Of a stretch of 64,000 bases of DNA, positions 30,736-41,028 are shown piece after piece (within the stretch, counting starts at the first letter, position 1; each line of letters opens with the position of its first letter). The position numbers and the translations under genes are program-made. The notes below the pieces were generated by a model. It worked only from the letters and a program-made list of their open reading frames with translations. It searched no databases and was not told the origin of the DNA. The stretch is from Verrucomicrobiota bacterium (GTDB lineage Bacteria > Verrucomicrobiota > Verrucomicrobiia > Limisphaerales > Palsa-1400): positions 96,001 through 160,000 of the forward strand of contig JBEKYR010000008.1 in NCBI GenBank assembly GCA_049510745.1, in the 5' to 3' direction.

Positions 30736-30834
30736 TGTAGCCGGTGTTCGACGGAGAATGTGTTCGGCGAGGCGCCGAACACGGCGGGCGAGGGCGCCCG
30801 CGCTCCCCAAAACCCCTACGCCTCAGCGGCTACA
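30736..30834. repeat. REPIN-like element related to the 150-bp family
   Basis: TGTAGCCG...CGGCTACA ends enclose the hairpins GTGTTCGGCG-AGG-CGCCGAACAC and GCGGGCG-AGGG-CGCCCGC, followed by GCTCCCC. Confidence 0.75.
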
Positions 30835-30861
30835 GTTCGCGCCGGATTGGCAAAAGGGAAT

Positions 30862-31968
30862 TCATTTTTCGATCGCTTCCTCCGGCTGGCCATGCGTGAC
30901 GGCGGCCAGAGGCTCGTTCTCGCGCAACCCCAGGTAAATCAGCCCGCCGACCAGGCTCCAAAACAGCCCCTCAGCCGAGGCGAGCAGGGAAACCGAAAGC
31001 GCCGCCGTGCGCGGCACCGCGATCACCGCCAGCATCAGCACAAAGAGATTCTCCCGCACGCCCAGGCCGTTGGGCGTGATGGGCAGGGCGGAAATGCAGA
31101 AAATAACCGGCACGATGACAAACAAGGCCATCAGCGAAATGTGCAAGTCCAGCCCGGCGCCCAAGGTCAAAACCTGCGCGACCCAGAGGACGTTGAGAAA
31201 GAGGGAAATGGCAACCGTCTTGAGCAGAAAAGTGCGTTGCTTGCCGAATTGGCGGCAGGAATCCAGCGCCCGTTCCAGCAAATCGCCCTTGGGCAAGCGG
31301 CGCAGTTGATGGCGGGCGCGGGGAAAGCGCTTCGAGACCCCGCCCCAAAAGGCCAGCCCCAGGACCACGCTCAACGCCGCCAGCATCGCCAGGATGAACA
31401 GCGCCGGCACCGCCAGATCGGGCGAGACCCGGAGCAGAGAGAAATTCGGGGGCATCATCAGGCCGGCGAACAGGAGCATCGCCCACAGTCCCACCAGCCG
31501 GTCCACAAAGACCGTTGTCACCGCCTCGGTTTTTTTGTGGTGCGTTTCTTGCGCGGCGGCGTAGGCCTTGATCAAGTCGCCGCCCGTTGAGCCAAGCAGG
31601 AATGAATTGAAAAATTGCGCCACAAACGAAATGCGCGTGGCGCGGCCCAGCGGCAGATGCAGCCCTTGCGCCTCCAGCACGATGCGCCACCGCACCACGC
31701 CGATAAACAAGGCCAGGCCGACGATCAGGGTGGAGGCAATCAGCGCCCAGAGATGAGTCATGCGGAGCGTGTGCCACAGGTCCCGCGGTCCGTTGCTCCA
31801 CGCCAGGCGCCATTGTTGCGCGCGGCTCATGGCCTGCCAATCCAGGCCGGCGCCTTGGGCGGCGAGCCTGCCTTCGTTCAGGAAAATGGAATGGAAGATC
31901 CAGAGCAACAGCAGCAGGCAGACGCCGACCCGCCATCCCACGCTCCAACAGGCCTTGAGACTCTTCAT
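30862..31968 (-). CDS. Lysylphosphatidylglycerol synthase TM / flippase-like (UPF0104) membrane protein
   Basis: 'RWRIVL', 'FFNSFLLGSTGGD..KAY', 'DRLVG', 'LPITPNGLGVRE'. Confidence 0.85.
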   Translation of the reverse strand: MKSLKACWSVGWRVGVCLLLLLWIFHSIFLNEGRLAAQGAGLDWQAMSRAQQWRLAWSNGPRDLWHTLRMTHLWALIASTLIVGLALFIGVVRWRIVLEAQGLHLPLGRATRISFVAQFFNSFLLGSTGGDLIKAYAAAQETHHKKTEAVTTVFVDRLVGLWAMLLFAGLMMPPNFSLLRVSPDLAVPALFILAMLAALSVVLGLAFWGGVSKRFPRARHQLRRLPKGDLLERALDSCRQFGKQRTFLLKTVAISLFLNVLWVAQVLTLGAGLDLHISLMALFVIVPVIFCISALPITPNGLGVRENLFVLMLAVIAVPRTAALSVSLLASAEGLFWSLVGGLIYLGLRENEPLAAVTHGQPEEAIEK

Positions 31969-32879
31969 TCTTCACCCCAAAGCTGTTTGACATGAGCCAC
32001 GCCGGAGGCGGCTTCCTCGGCGGAAAGCCGGGGGCTAAATTCGAAGACTTTGATCTGCTCCGGCTTGACCAGGGGTTTGAGGGCCGCGAAATCCACCGTG
32101 CCGCTGCCCGGGGCGCAATGGTCGCGGCCGGGGAATTGAACGTCATGCACGTGAAATCCGAGCAGGCGCGGCGCCAGGGACTGCAAATGCTGAAAATGAT
32201 TGAGGAAGCCCATGTTCTCCTTGATTTGGGCGTGGCCGCAGTCGTGCCAGTAACCGACCTCCGGCCGGTTGAACTGCAGGAAGAGAAACTCGAGGTCCGA
32301 GTCCAGCGGGATTTCCTCGAGGGCCTGGCGGTTCTCGACGCCGAGTTTGACCCCGAGTTGGCCGGCGGCGCCGGCCAGGCGTTCGAGGAACTCGCACGAC
32401 AGCTCCATGTTCTTTTCCTTTTTTTTCTCGCGTTTCTCCAGCACTTCTTCGCACAAGGCGGCGTATTTCGGGCTGTCCTTTTGGCCGCGTTGGATCATTT
32501 CCAGAAGGCGGTCGGTGTATTCTTTCATGTCGATGCGGCCCAGGTGGAGCACCACGACGGGCGCCCGGAGACGCGCGGCGGTTTCAAGGGTCTTGAGGCT
32601 GTGGCGCCAGGCGTTCTCCCGCTCGCGCCGGTCCTCGGAGGAAAACAAATAGAGATTGGGGGCGGCGTGGTTGACGCCCATGGGCAGGGGGCAGAAATTG
32701 TGCAGGGAGGAAATCTTAATTTCGCCCGCCTCGACCGCCTCAATGATGCCCGGCAGCAAACTGATGCGGATGCCGTGGCTCAGTTCCGCGCAGGCAAGGC
32801 CCAGCGAGCGGATTTCGCGCAACATGGCGCGTCCGTCCGTATGCCGGTGGGAATTCCAGCAGGTCGAGAGCGAATACAT
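31965..32879 (-). CDS. Sugar phosphate isomerase/epimerase family (AP endonuclease 2 TIM barrel)
   Basis: 'SSLHNFCP', 'LGVENR', 'WHDCGHA', 'HVHDV..DH..PG.G.VDF'. Confidence 0.8.
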   Translation of the reverse strand: MYSLSTCWNSHRHTDGRAMLREIRSLGLACAELSHGIRISLLPGIIEAVEAGEIKISSLHNFCPLPMGVNHAAPNLYLFSSEDRRERENAWRHSLKTLETAARLRAPVVVLHLGRIDMKEYTDRLLEMIQRGQKDSPKYAALCEEVLEKREKKKEKNMELSCEFLERLAGAAGQLGVKLGVENRQALEEIPLDSDLEFLFLQFNRPEVGYWHDCGHAQIKENMGFLNHFQHLQSLAPRLLGFHVHDVQFPGRDHCAPGSGTVDFAALKPLVKPEQIKVFEFSPRLSAEEAASGVAHVKQLWGEE

Positions 32880-32943
32880 TTAAAAAGAGGCCGAGGGCGG
32901 TCCGAATATCGGCCACACTCGGCGGTGAGAATCCAAAACAGGT

Positions 32944-33141
32944 CTAAAGGTCCGCGTAACGGGCGCTTAACATGGCGGAAAAGCGGGCCGCTTTCATTTT
33001 GCGGCGCTTCCGTTCGCTGGGCTTTTCGAAATGCCGGTGGTTGCGCACTTCCTTCAACGTGCCCTCGCGGTCGATCTTTTTCTTCAATCGCCGCAACGCT
33101 TTATCGACAGGTTCGCCTTTTTTCAGTCTAATTTCGGTCAA
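32944..33141 (-). CDS. rpsU: 30S ribosomal protein S21 (TTG start)
   Basis: 'GEPVDKALRRLKKK...HFEKPSERKRRK'. Confidence 0.95.
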   Translation of the reverse strand: MTEIRLKKGEPVDKALRRLKKKIDREGTLKEVRNHRHFEKPSERKRRKMKAARFSAMLSARYADL

Positions 33142-33249
33142 AAATTCTCACTTCCTCTCTGATTTAGCGGATGGCCCCCATGGCCGCCGCTCTCAAATGA
33201 ACTCTAAGAGTGCAACCACCCCGCCTTGCTGTCAACGGGCAAAAAAAGA

Positions 33250-33400
33250 CCCAAATCCTCGGCTAACGCGGCCTTACCGCCGAGCGATGACCTATACAAT
33301 TTGGAGAGGAGAGCGAAGAAGCGGTCGGCGAGGGCGCCGACCGCTGCACGCGGGGGCGCGTGCGCTCCCGGATGTGCTGCAACGGTTCTTAGGATTTGGG
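33250..33400 (+). repeat. ~150-bp REPIN/MITE-like element, copy 3
   Basis: Perfect 10-bp terminal inverted repeats CCCAAATCCT/AGGATTTGGG. Confidence 0.92.
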
Positions 33401-33424
33401 AAAGATGAAGGAACAAGCCCGAAA

Positions 33425-35527
<2,103 letters not shown>

Positions 35528-35537
35528 AATCTTCAGG

Positions 35538-36026
35538 TCATGGCCGCTTCTCGCGCGCAATGATCTCGCGCATCGCGGCGGTGTCCGCTTTGTCCTTGTC
35601 GCGCCAGGAGTTTTGTTTGAGATAAATCAAGTCCTCCGGCGCGAGATACGGGATGATCGCTCCGCCCGCCTGGAAGCGTCGCAAGCGGGGCCTGAAATCA
35701 TCCAGCCTTTTTTCGAGCAGGCGCGTGAAAATGTCCAAATCGAACTCCTCCACGACCCGGACGCAGCCTTCCTGCGCCAGGAAGTCTTCGGGCTTGAGTT
35801 CGCGCGCCCAGCCTTCGCCCCACCCGGCCAGGCAGTCGAGCAACTTCTGGAGGTTATCTGGTCCGTCCTGAACGAGGATGTCAGCGTCAATCGTCAAACG
35901 CGGATAGCCGTTGAGAACCACCGCCAATCCGCCGACGACGGCGAAATCAACCCCGCTTTGGGCGATTGCGACCAACAGTTTTTCGAACCGGGAAATAGTC
36001 TCCTTCGAGTTTGATAGGGGTTCCAT
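35538..36026 (-). CDS. Minimal nucleotidyltransferase (TA-associated type)
   Basis: 'FAVVGGLAVVLNGYPRLTIDADILV' and C-terminal 'DLIYLK...RDKDKAD'. Confidence 0.8.
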   Translation of the reverse strand: MEPLSNSKETISRFEKLLVAIAQSGVDFAVVGGLAVVLNGYPRLTIDADILVQDGPDNLQKLLDCLAGWGEGWARELKPEDFLAQEGCVRVVEEFDLDIFTRLLEKRLDDFRPRLRRFQAGGAIIPYLAPEDLIYLKQNSWRDKDKADTAAMREIIAREKRP

Positions 36027-36289
36027 GCGCGTGCTTTTTAATGAATTTCGCCAAGTCCTCCACCACGGCCAATTGCTGGGAAACCGACAACGGCCGCCCC
36101 ACAATTTTTCTGATGGGCTGCTGCATCGGCTCAAACTTGTTGTTCACGGTTCCACCATAACCGGGGTACGGCCAGCCCGTCAACCAGACAGGCGGCAAAC
36201 CATAAACGAATCAGTGAATCGGAGAATCAGTGAATCAATGAATGGGGAAAGGCGTCCGCAAGGATGAAGGATGAAGACCCATTTCCTTT

Positions 36290-36850
36290 GACACTTGTGA
36301 GGTTTTTCGTCACTGGTCGCTGTCGCCGGATCCGGGTATTTTTTGAATTTGCATTTTTTGGCCGGATTCACTCGGATTTACCCGGATTTGGCCGGATTTT
36401 TCCGGATTTGTCCGGGTTCTTGGGTTTGTTTTCCGGGTTGAATCCGGCATTTTTTGACACTTTTAGGGGTGGTTGCCGGTGTTGACGGTGCATCGGGTCT
36501 GCGGTTGAACCGGTCCGGGATTGAGTTTTTGCGTCAAGGCTGTCCCCCGCAAATGATGGCGAATGGTGCATACGAGGGCGAACGTCCGAGGTTTGACTGG
36601 TGAGCCAATGGGACCAATCGGACCAAGGCGACGAATGGCTGATGCGACGGGAGAGGTCTCCGAGCCACGGGCCGGTGTTGACCGGGCCGCACTGAGCACT
36701 TTGCCTGTTGCATGTATCATTCATGCTGGCTCGATTTAAGCACAGGTCTATCAAGATGAAAAACCTACGGAAGGAAAATTTTTACAAAAAAAAGAGGATT
36801 TTCGCGCAGGCCCACGGACAAGCTGGCGGACAAGAGGATAGATAAGGAAT
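36290..36850 (-). other. Dispersed element B: 54-nt motif (36723-36776), ORF from ATG 36724 with in-frame TGA at 36368, 10-mer array (36361-36419)
   Basis: Homologous to 57910-58470 at both DNA and peptide level. Confidence 0.75.
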
Positions 36851-36894
36851 TGAAAGGGGCGGAATCCCGCAAAACCGATAAAATGCGAAACTTG

Positions 36895-37061
36895 GTAATG
36901 CCTCAGTGAGGGCGGGAAATGCGAAATTGAGCATACCCGCATTGAAAGCCGCAATGCGGGTATGCTAGAGTCGATTCTCTCCATTTGTCAAGGAAAATGT
37001 GCAGACGGCGAAATGAGAATTTTTTAAGCTCCACTTTTTTCCGCCGTCACTGAGGCATTAC
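36895..37061. mobile_element. 167-bp MITE-like element with ~25-bp terminal inverted repeats
   Basis: GTAATGCCTCAGTGA-g-GGCGG-g-AAA versus the reverse complement of TTT-t-CCGCC-g-TCACTGAGGCATTAC; internal perfect 15-bp hairpin at 36930-36966. Confidence 0.75.
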
Positions 37062-37077
37062 TAGAAGAATCGGAGAG

Positions 37078-38715
37078 TCAGTGAATTGGAACGCCGGCGG
37101 CGGCATGGTCTGCCTGGACGTTCGCGGAAAGTGAAGACCCTTCGGCATCGTAGCCAAAGGCGCGGCAGTAGGCGGCCAGTTTTTCCCGCCACGGCTCCAA
37201 CGCCGCCGCGTAATGTTTCCAGCGCCCGACCGCGCGGTTATGCACCGGCTTGGCCACGTCGCTGTAAGTGGGGGAGAAGACCAGTTTGCGGCCGGCCGCT
37301 TCGTGGGAAGCGGCCTGGCCGGGGCGCCAGTCCAGGCCGAGAAAGCCGGTGACCCGGCGCCCTTCCTTTTCCACGTCCGCGACGATGTCCTCGTAGCGCG
37401 TCTCGATCCAGTCAAAGCCCCCCAGTTCGCGCAGCCGCAGCCAGACATCCATCAGGTCTCCGTAATGTTTGACAGCGCGCTCGAGGCTGAGAAAGTTCGC
37501 GTTCATGGGCGTCAACGCCAGGTTTTGGAAGAAACAACTCAGGACCACGTCGCGCGGGTCGCGCAGTGCGATGATGACCTTCGACTCCGGAAAGAGCCGC
37601 AGCCACAGGTGCAGCGAAGCGGTGGGCGATGGGTTCTTGTCAAGCAGAACGTCCGCGGACACCTCCCCCTCCGCCTCGCGCAAGAGGCTTTTGAAATAAC
37701 GCCCCCTCAGCTCCGCCCGGCGGCTGGAAGAAAGGGAATCCAGCGCGCCCGCCTTCAAGGGCGGCGCGGGCGGCGGCGGCGCCAGTTTGTCGCCGATCTC
37801 GGTGACGAACGCCTCCGATTCATCGAAGGCGCGGACGGACGGATGCGCGCCCAAGATTTGTTCCAGCAGCGTCGTGCCGCTGCGCGGATGGCCGCCCAGC
37901 AGCGCGAGCCTTGGGCGCGGCGGCGGGTTTGGGGCCTCCTGGCGCCAGCGGCGCAGCATAGCGGGGGTCAATTGCGCCAGCAACGCGCGGCGCTGGCGGT
38001 CGGCCTTGTCATAGGCCTGTTCGAGGGCCGCGACGTTCTGAAGCCCGCGCGCGGCGGCCTTGGCCTGGAGCAGCCAATCCATCGCCTCGGCGTATTGTCC
38101 GAGTTCATCGAGCACGACGCCCAGAAGGTGGAGGCAGGAGACACGGACATCGGGGTCGCGCACGCCGCTTTTGAGCAAATCGCGCAAGACGGTTTCGGCG
38201 TCGGCGTTGCGGCCCTGGCGATGGAGGAGGAAGGCGCGGTAATAAAGGGCGGCGCTTTCCCGCGGATTGCGGGCCAGGCACGCTTCGGTCTGTTCCCAGG
38301 CCTCATCGAGGCGGCGCTCCCGTTCCAGCCACGCCGCCCAACTGAGCCGGGCGTGGGTCGAGGACGGGTCCGCCTCGACGGCGCGCTGGAAACAGGCGCG
38401 GGCGCGATCCAGGCGACGGAGGCGATGAAATTGCTGGCCGAGCATGACGAGCAGTGAAGGGTCCTTGGCGGCCAGTTGTTCGACGCGCTCAAAGGCCTGC
38501 GCGGCGAGGGCAAAGGCCAGATCGGCCGCAGCGGCCGCTCCCAGCTCGAACCAAAGGTTGACGACGCCGGGGAATCGCTTCACCAACTCCTGATAAGCGG
38601 GAAGGGCCAGGGCCGGACGGCCCGCGCGCAACTGTTCGCGTGCCCTCTGCCAGCGCGCCACGTCTTGCGGCGAGCGTTCGAGCTTGGCGAGGTCAGTCTG
38701 TAAGGCAAGGCCCAC
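37078..38715 (-). CDS. TPR-repeat sulfotransferase family protein (start uncertain)
   Basis: N-terminal TPR helices, PAPS-binding 'GHPRSGTTLLEQIL.AHP', 'RDPRDVVLSCF', 'YEDIV', 'GRWKHY'. Confidence 0.88.
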   Translation of the reverse strand: MGLALQTDLAKLERSPQDVARWQRAREQLRAGRPALALPAYQELVKRFPGVVNLWFELGAAAAADLAFALAAQAFERVEQLAAKDPSLLVMLGQQFHRLRRLDRARACFQRAVEADPSSTHARLSWAAWLERERRLDEAWEQTEACLARNPRESAALYYRAFLLHRQGRNADAETVLRDLLKSGVRDPDVRVSCLHLLGVVLDELGQYAEAMDWLLQAKAAARGLQNVAALEQAYDKADRQRRALLAQLTPAMLRRWRQEAPNPPPRPRLALLGGHPRSGTTLLEQILGAHPSVRAFDESEAFVTEIGDKLAPPPPAPPLKAGALDSLSSSRRAELRGRYFKSLLREAEGEVSADVLLDKNPSPTASLHLWLRLFPESKVIIALRDPRDVVLSCFFQNLALTPMNANFLSLERAVKHYGDLMDVWLRLRELGGFDWIETRYEDIVADVEKEGRRVTGFLGLDWRPGQAASHEAAGRKLVFSPTYSDVAKPVHNRAVGRWKHYAAALEPWREKLAAYCRAFGYDAEGSSLSANVQADHAAAGVPIH

Positions 38716-38831
38716 GCTGCTGAAATGGCGTTTCCGGAGACAATGCCGGGAAAGCCATCCGTAGCGCAGTCTAATCCGAGGCGGACCCCTGGTCAAGGCG
38801 GTGGAATTGGGAGTAGTGTCTTAATTTGAAA

Positions 38832-39089
38832 TCATATTTCAGGAGACAACATCGTCGCGAATAGTAAGAGGATGAATATTATCAGACAAATGAGGACAAA
38901 CCGCGCTCGTGGGGTTGCGGTTGAACGAGAAGGGATGAGCAAAAGCAATGGAACAGACGCGAATACTGCGACGGCTATCGCTTGTATGTCCTGAATGCCG
39001 TGTTTGGCATTTGTTGCGAACACGCAGAAAGCCAGTACGAAGCCACACCCACAGCACGAGGACGCCCCCACAATTAAAGCCTTCCTCAT
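38832..39089 (-). CDS. Small three-TM hypothetical protein
   Basis: Three hydrophobic segments; ATGA overlap with the upstream ORF. Confidence 0.45.
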   Translation of the reverse strand: MRKALIVGASSCCGCGFVLAFCVFATNAKHGIQDIQAIAVAVFASVPLLLLIPSRSTATPRARFVLICLIIFILLLFATMLSPEI

Positions 39090-39391
39090 CGTTTTCCTTT
39101 CTTCGCATCCGCCACAATCGACGCCCTGACAGCATCCAAAGCGGATTTTATGGGCGAAAATTCAAGAACGGCAAAAAACCGCTCGCCGTTCGGTGGCTTT
39201 TCGGACCAGCCGTAAGCCCGTTTGGCTTTGGGGTGGCCCGTCAGATCGAAGACTTCAACATCCCCCTTCCAGACTGTCTGGCCGCGAAAAACCTCATGCA
39301 CGGACACGGTTTCGCGGTGAACCGCACCGCAGTTGTGCAGATGCTCTAGGGCCGGCTTTACCCGGCCAATATATTCCGCTTCACTCGCCAC
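39086..39391 (-). CDS. Conserved-looking hypothetical protein following the transposase remnant
   Basis: GTG start overlaps the transposase end; 'HEVFRGQTVWKGDVEVFDLTGHPKAKRAYGWS'. Confidence 0.65.
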   Translation of the reverse strand: MASEAEYIGRVKPALEHLHNCGAVHRETVSVHEVFRGQTVWKGDVEVFDLTGHPKAKRAYGWSEKPPNGERFFAVLEFSPIKSALDAVRASIVADAKKGKR

Positions 39392-39530
39392 AGCGTTCAA
39401 CCAATTCCGCAACGCTCCACTGGCTGGGTTCGACGCCCGCTTCCATCGCCGGGGTGCATCGAATCGCGCCGTGAATCTTGCAGAAGTTCTAATACGCGAA
39501 GTGGAGCGCCATTGCAGCTTTAAAATTGGC
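39381..39530 (-). pseudogene. C-terminal remnant of an IS1-like transposase with a nonsense codon
   Basis: Manual translation gives 'ANFKAAMALHFAY*NFCKIHGAIRCTPAMEAGVEPSQWSVAELV' (YNF.R.H..L..TPAMxAG motif). Confidence 0.75.
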
Positions 39531-39544
39531 TGTTGGCATAATTT

Positions 39545-39602
39545 GGAACTCAAAAAATCAGGAAAACGGGAAAAACATTCTTATCCTGATTTCCTGAGTT
39601 CC
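39545..39602. repeat. Inverted repeat of 9-mer-like units
   Basis: GGAACTCAAAAAATCAGGA / TCCTGATTTCCTGAGTTCC (17 of 19 positions match). Confidence 0.7.
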
Positions 39603-39715
39603 TAATCATTCAAACCGCGCCATTACAAAAATTGTGGTGCGCGGCGCAATTTAGGGTTGCATCTTGGCGGTTTATGGCCTATTCTGGCAGCGTAGAAAGT
39701 TAAAATTACCTGAAT

Positions 39716-40102
39716 ATGAAAAAATTGTTTGCATCTGTTATCGCGCTCGGCTTTGCGGCCAGCGTTTATGCGGCGGAGTTTCCGACCATCACCATTGACG
39801 GCCTCAAAACCGCCATGTCGTCACAAAAAATTGTCCTGCTGGACGCCAACGGCACCGAGTCCTGGCAGTCGGGGCATATTCCCGGCGCGATTGATTTCAG
39901 CGCGCAGAAGGACAAATTGGCGAGCGTCTTGCCGCAGGACAAAGAGGCGCTGGTCGTGGCCTACTGCGGCAGCCCGCAGTGCCCGGCTTATCGCGCCGCC
40001 GCCGAGGCCGCCAAGAAGCTCGGCTACAAGAACATCAAGCACCTGACCGCCGGCATCTCCGGGTGGAAACAAGCGGGCGAGAAGATGGAAAAGGGGAGCT
40101 GA
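39716..40102 (+). CDS. Secreted rhodanese-like domain protein
   Basis: Signal peptide, 'GHIPGAI', 'VAYCGSPQC', 'GISGW'. Confidence 0.9.
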   Translation: MKKLFASVIALGFAASVYAAEFPTITIDGLKTAMSSQKIVLLDANGTESWQSGHIPGAIDFSAQKDKLASVLPQDKEALVVAYCGSPQCPAYRAAAEAAKKLGYKNIKHLTAGISGWKQAGEKMEKGS

Positions 40103-40120
40103 CGGAACTTTTTGATCGCG

Positions 40121-40152
40121 AGCCGGCGGCCATAAACCGCCGGCTTTTTTTT
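40121..40152 (+). terminator. Rho-independent terminator
   Basis: AGCCGGCGG-loop-CCGCCGGCT followed by a T run. Confidence 0.85.
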
Positions 40153-40241
40153 GACGGGTGACGAATCCAACGTCTCGACCCGGACCAAATGCAGCAAGGA
40201 CACTTCCGGCGCAAACTTTGGGAATGTTGTTTCCGGTGCGA

Positions 40242-40655
40242 TTATGGCGCGGGTTCTGTGAGCCAGTTAATTTTGATTTCCTTCTCCAACGGCTTGAACT
40301 CGGTGTCGGCGGTGATAAGCTCGGCCTTTTTGCTTTTGGCCAGCGCGGCGGCGAAGGCGTCAGCCAGGCCGAGGCCGTGCGCGGTTTTCAATTGCGCGGC
40401 GGATTCGGCCAGATCGCAGTCGAGTGGAGCGACTTCCAGTGGCATCGTCCGTCCGAAATGGCGGGCGGCATCCCATCCGGCAGGGCCTTGGCGGCGCTGC
40501 ATCAGATAAAGCACCTCCGCCCAGTTCACCGCCGCGATGAGAAGGGGTCTGTCGGCGTCCGCCGCCTGCTGGAGCAAATGTTCGACCTTCTCGGCGCCTG
40601 GTTCATCAAAAAACAGGGCGAGCAGGGCCGACGCATCCAGGACGGTGGTTTTCAC
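40242..40655 (-). CDS. vapC: VapC PIN-domain toxin
   Basis: 'VLDASALLA', 'VNWAEV', 'LGLADAFAAALA', 'LITADTEF'. Confidence 0.9.
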   Translation of the reverse strand: MKTTVLDASALLALFFDEPGAEKVEHLLQQAADADRPLLIAAVNWAEVLYLMQRRQGPAGWDAARHFGRTMPLEVAPLDCDLAESAAQLKTAHGLGLADAFAAALAKSKKAELITADTEFKPLEKEIKINWLTEPAP

Positions 40656-40916
40656 TCAGCGGTTCTCCTTTTCGCGGTCGGCGCGGCGTTCCTCGAGATG
40701 TTCGCGCACGGCGGACTTCCCGCCAGGCTTGAGCTTAAACATGCCGCGGAAGCCGCGGATATATTCGCGCGTGACCGGCTGGAAAATGATGCGGTCGCCT
40801 TGCTCGATGAAGTTGACGCGCGTGCCGGGTTTAATGCGGAGCCGGCGGCGAATGCGCGACGGAACAACCAACTGGCCTTTCGATGTCACGTAGGCGGTGT
40901 CCATTGTTTCTGTCAT
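40656..40916 (-). CDS. AbrB/MazE/SpoVT-family antitoxin
   Basis: 'VTSKGQLVVPSRIRRRLRIKPGTRVNF'; abuts vapC. Confidence 0.9.
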   Translation of the reverse strand: MTETMDTAYVTSKGQLVVPSRIRRRLRIKPGTRVNFIEQGDRIIFQPVTREYIRGFRGMFKLKPGGKSAVREHLEERRADREKENR

Positions 40917-40925
40917 TCTCAGAAT

Positions 40926-40980
40926 AGGCTAACACGTTCTGAATTGTAAGGCAATAGAAAACTGTAAGACATAATTACAG
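40926..40980 (-). promoter_or_regulatory. TA operon promoter and palindromic operator
   Basis: TTGCCT-17-TAGCCT on the minus strand; palindrome CTGTAA-N7-TTACAG at 40962-40980 and a further TGTAAG half-site. Confidence 0.5.
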
Positions 40981-41028
40981 CGCCTTTCCACGGTTGGATT
41001 GGAATTGAAAGGGCACGGACGAATGCGG

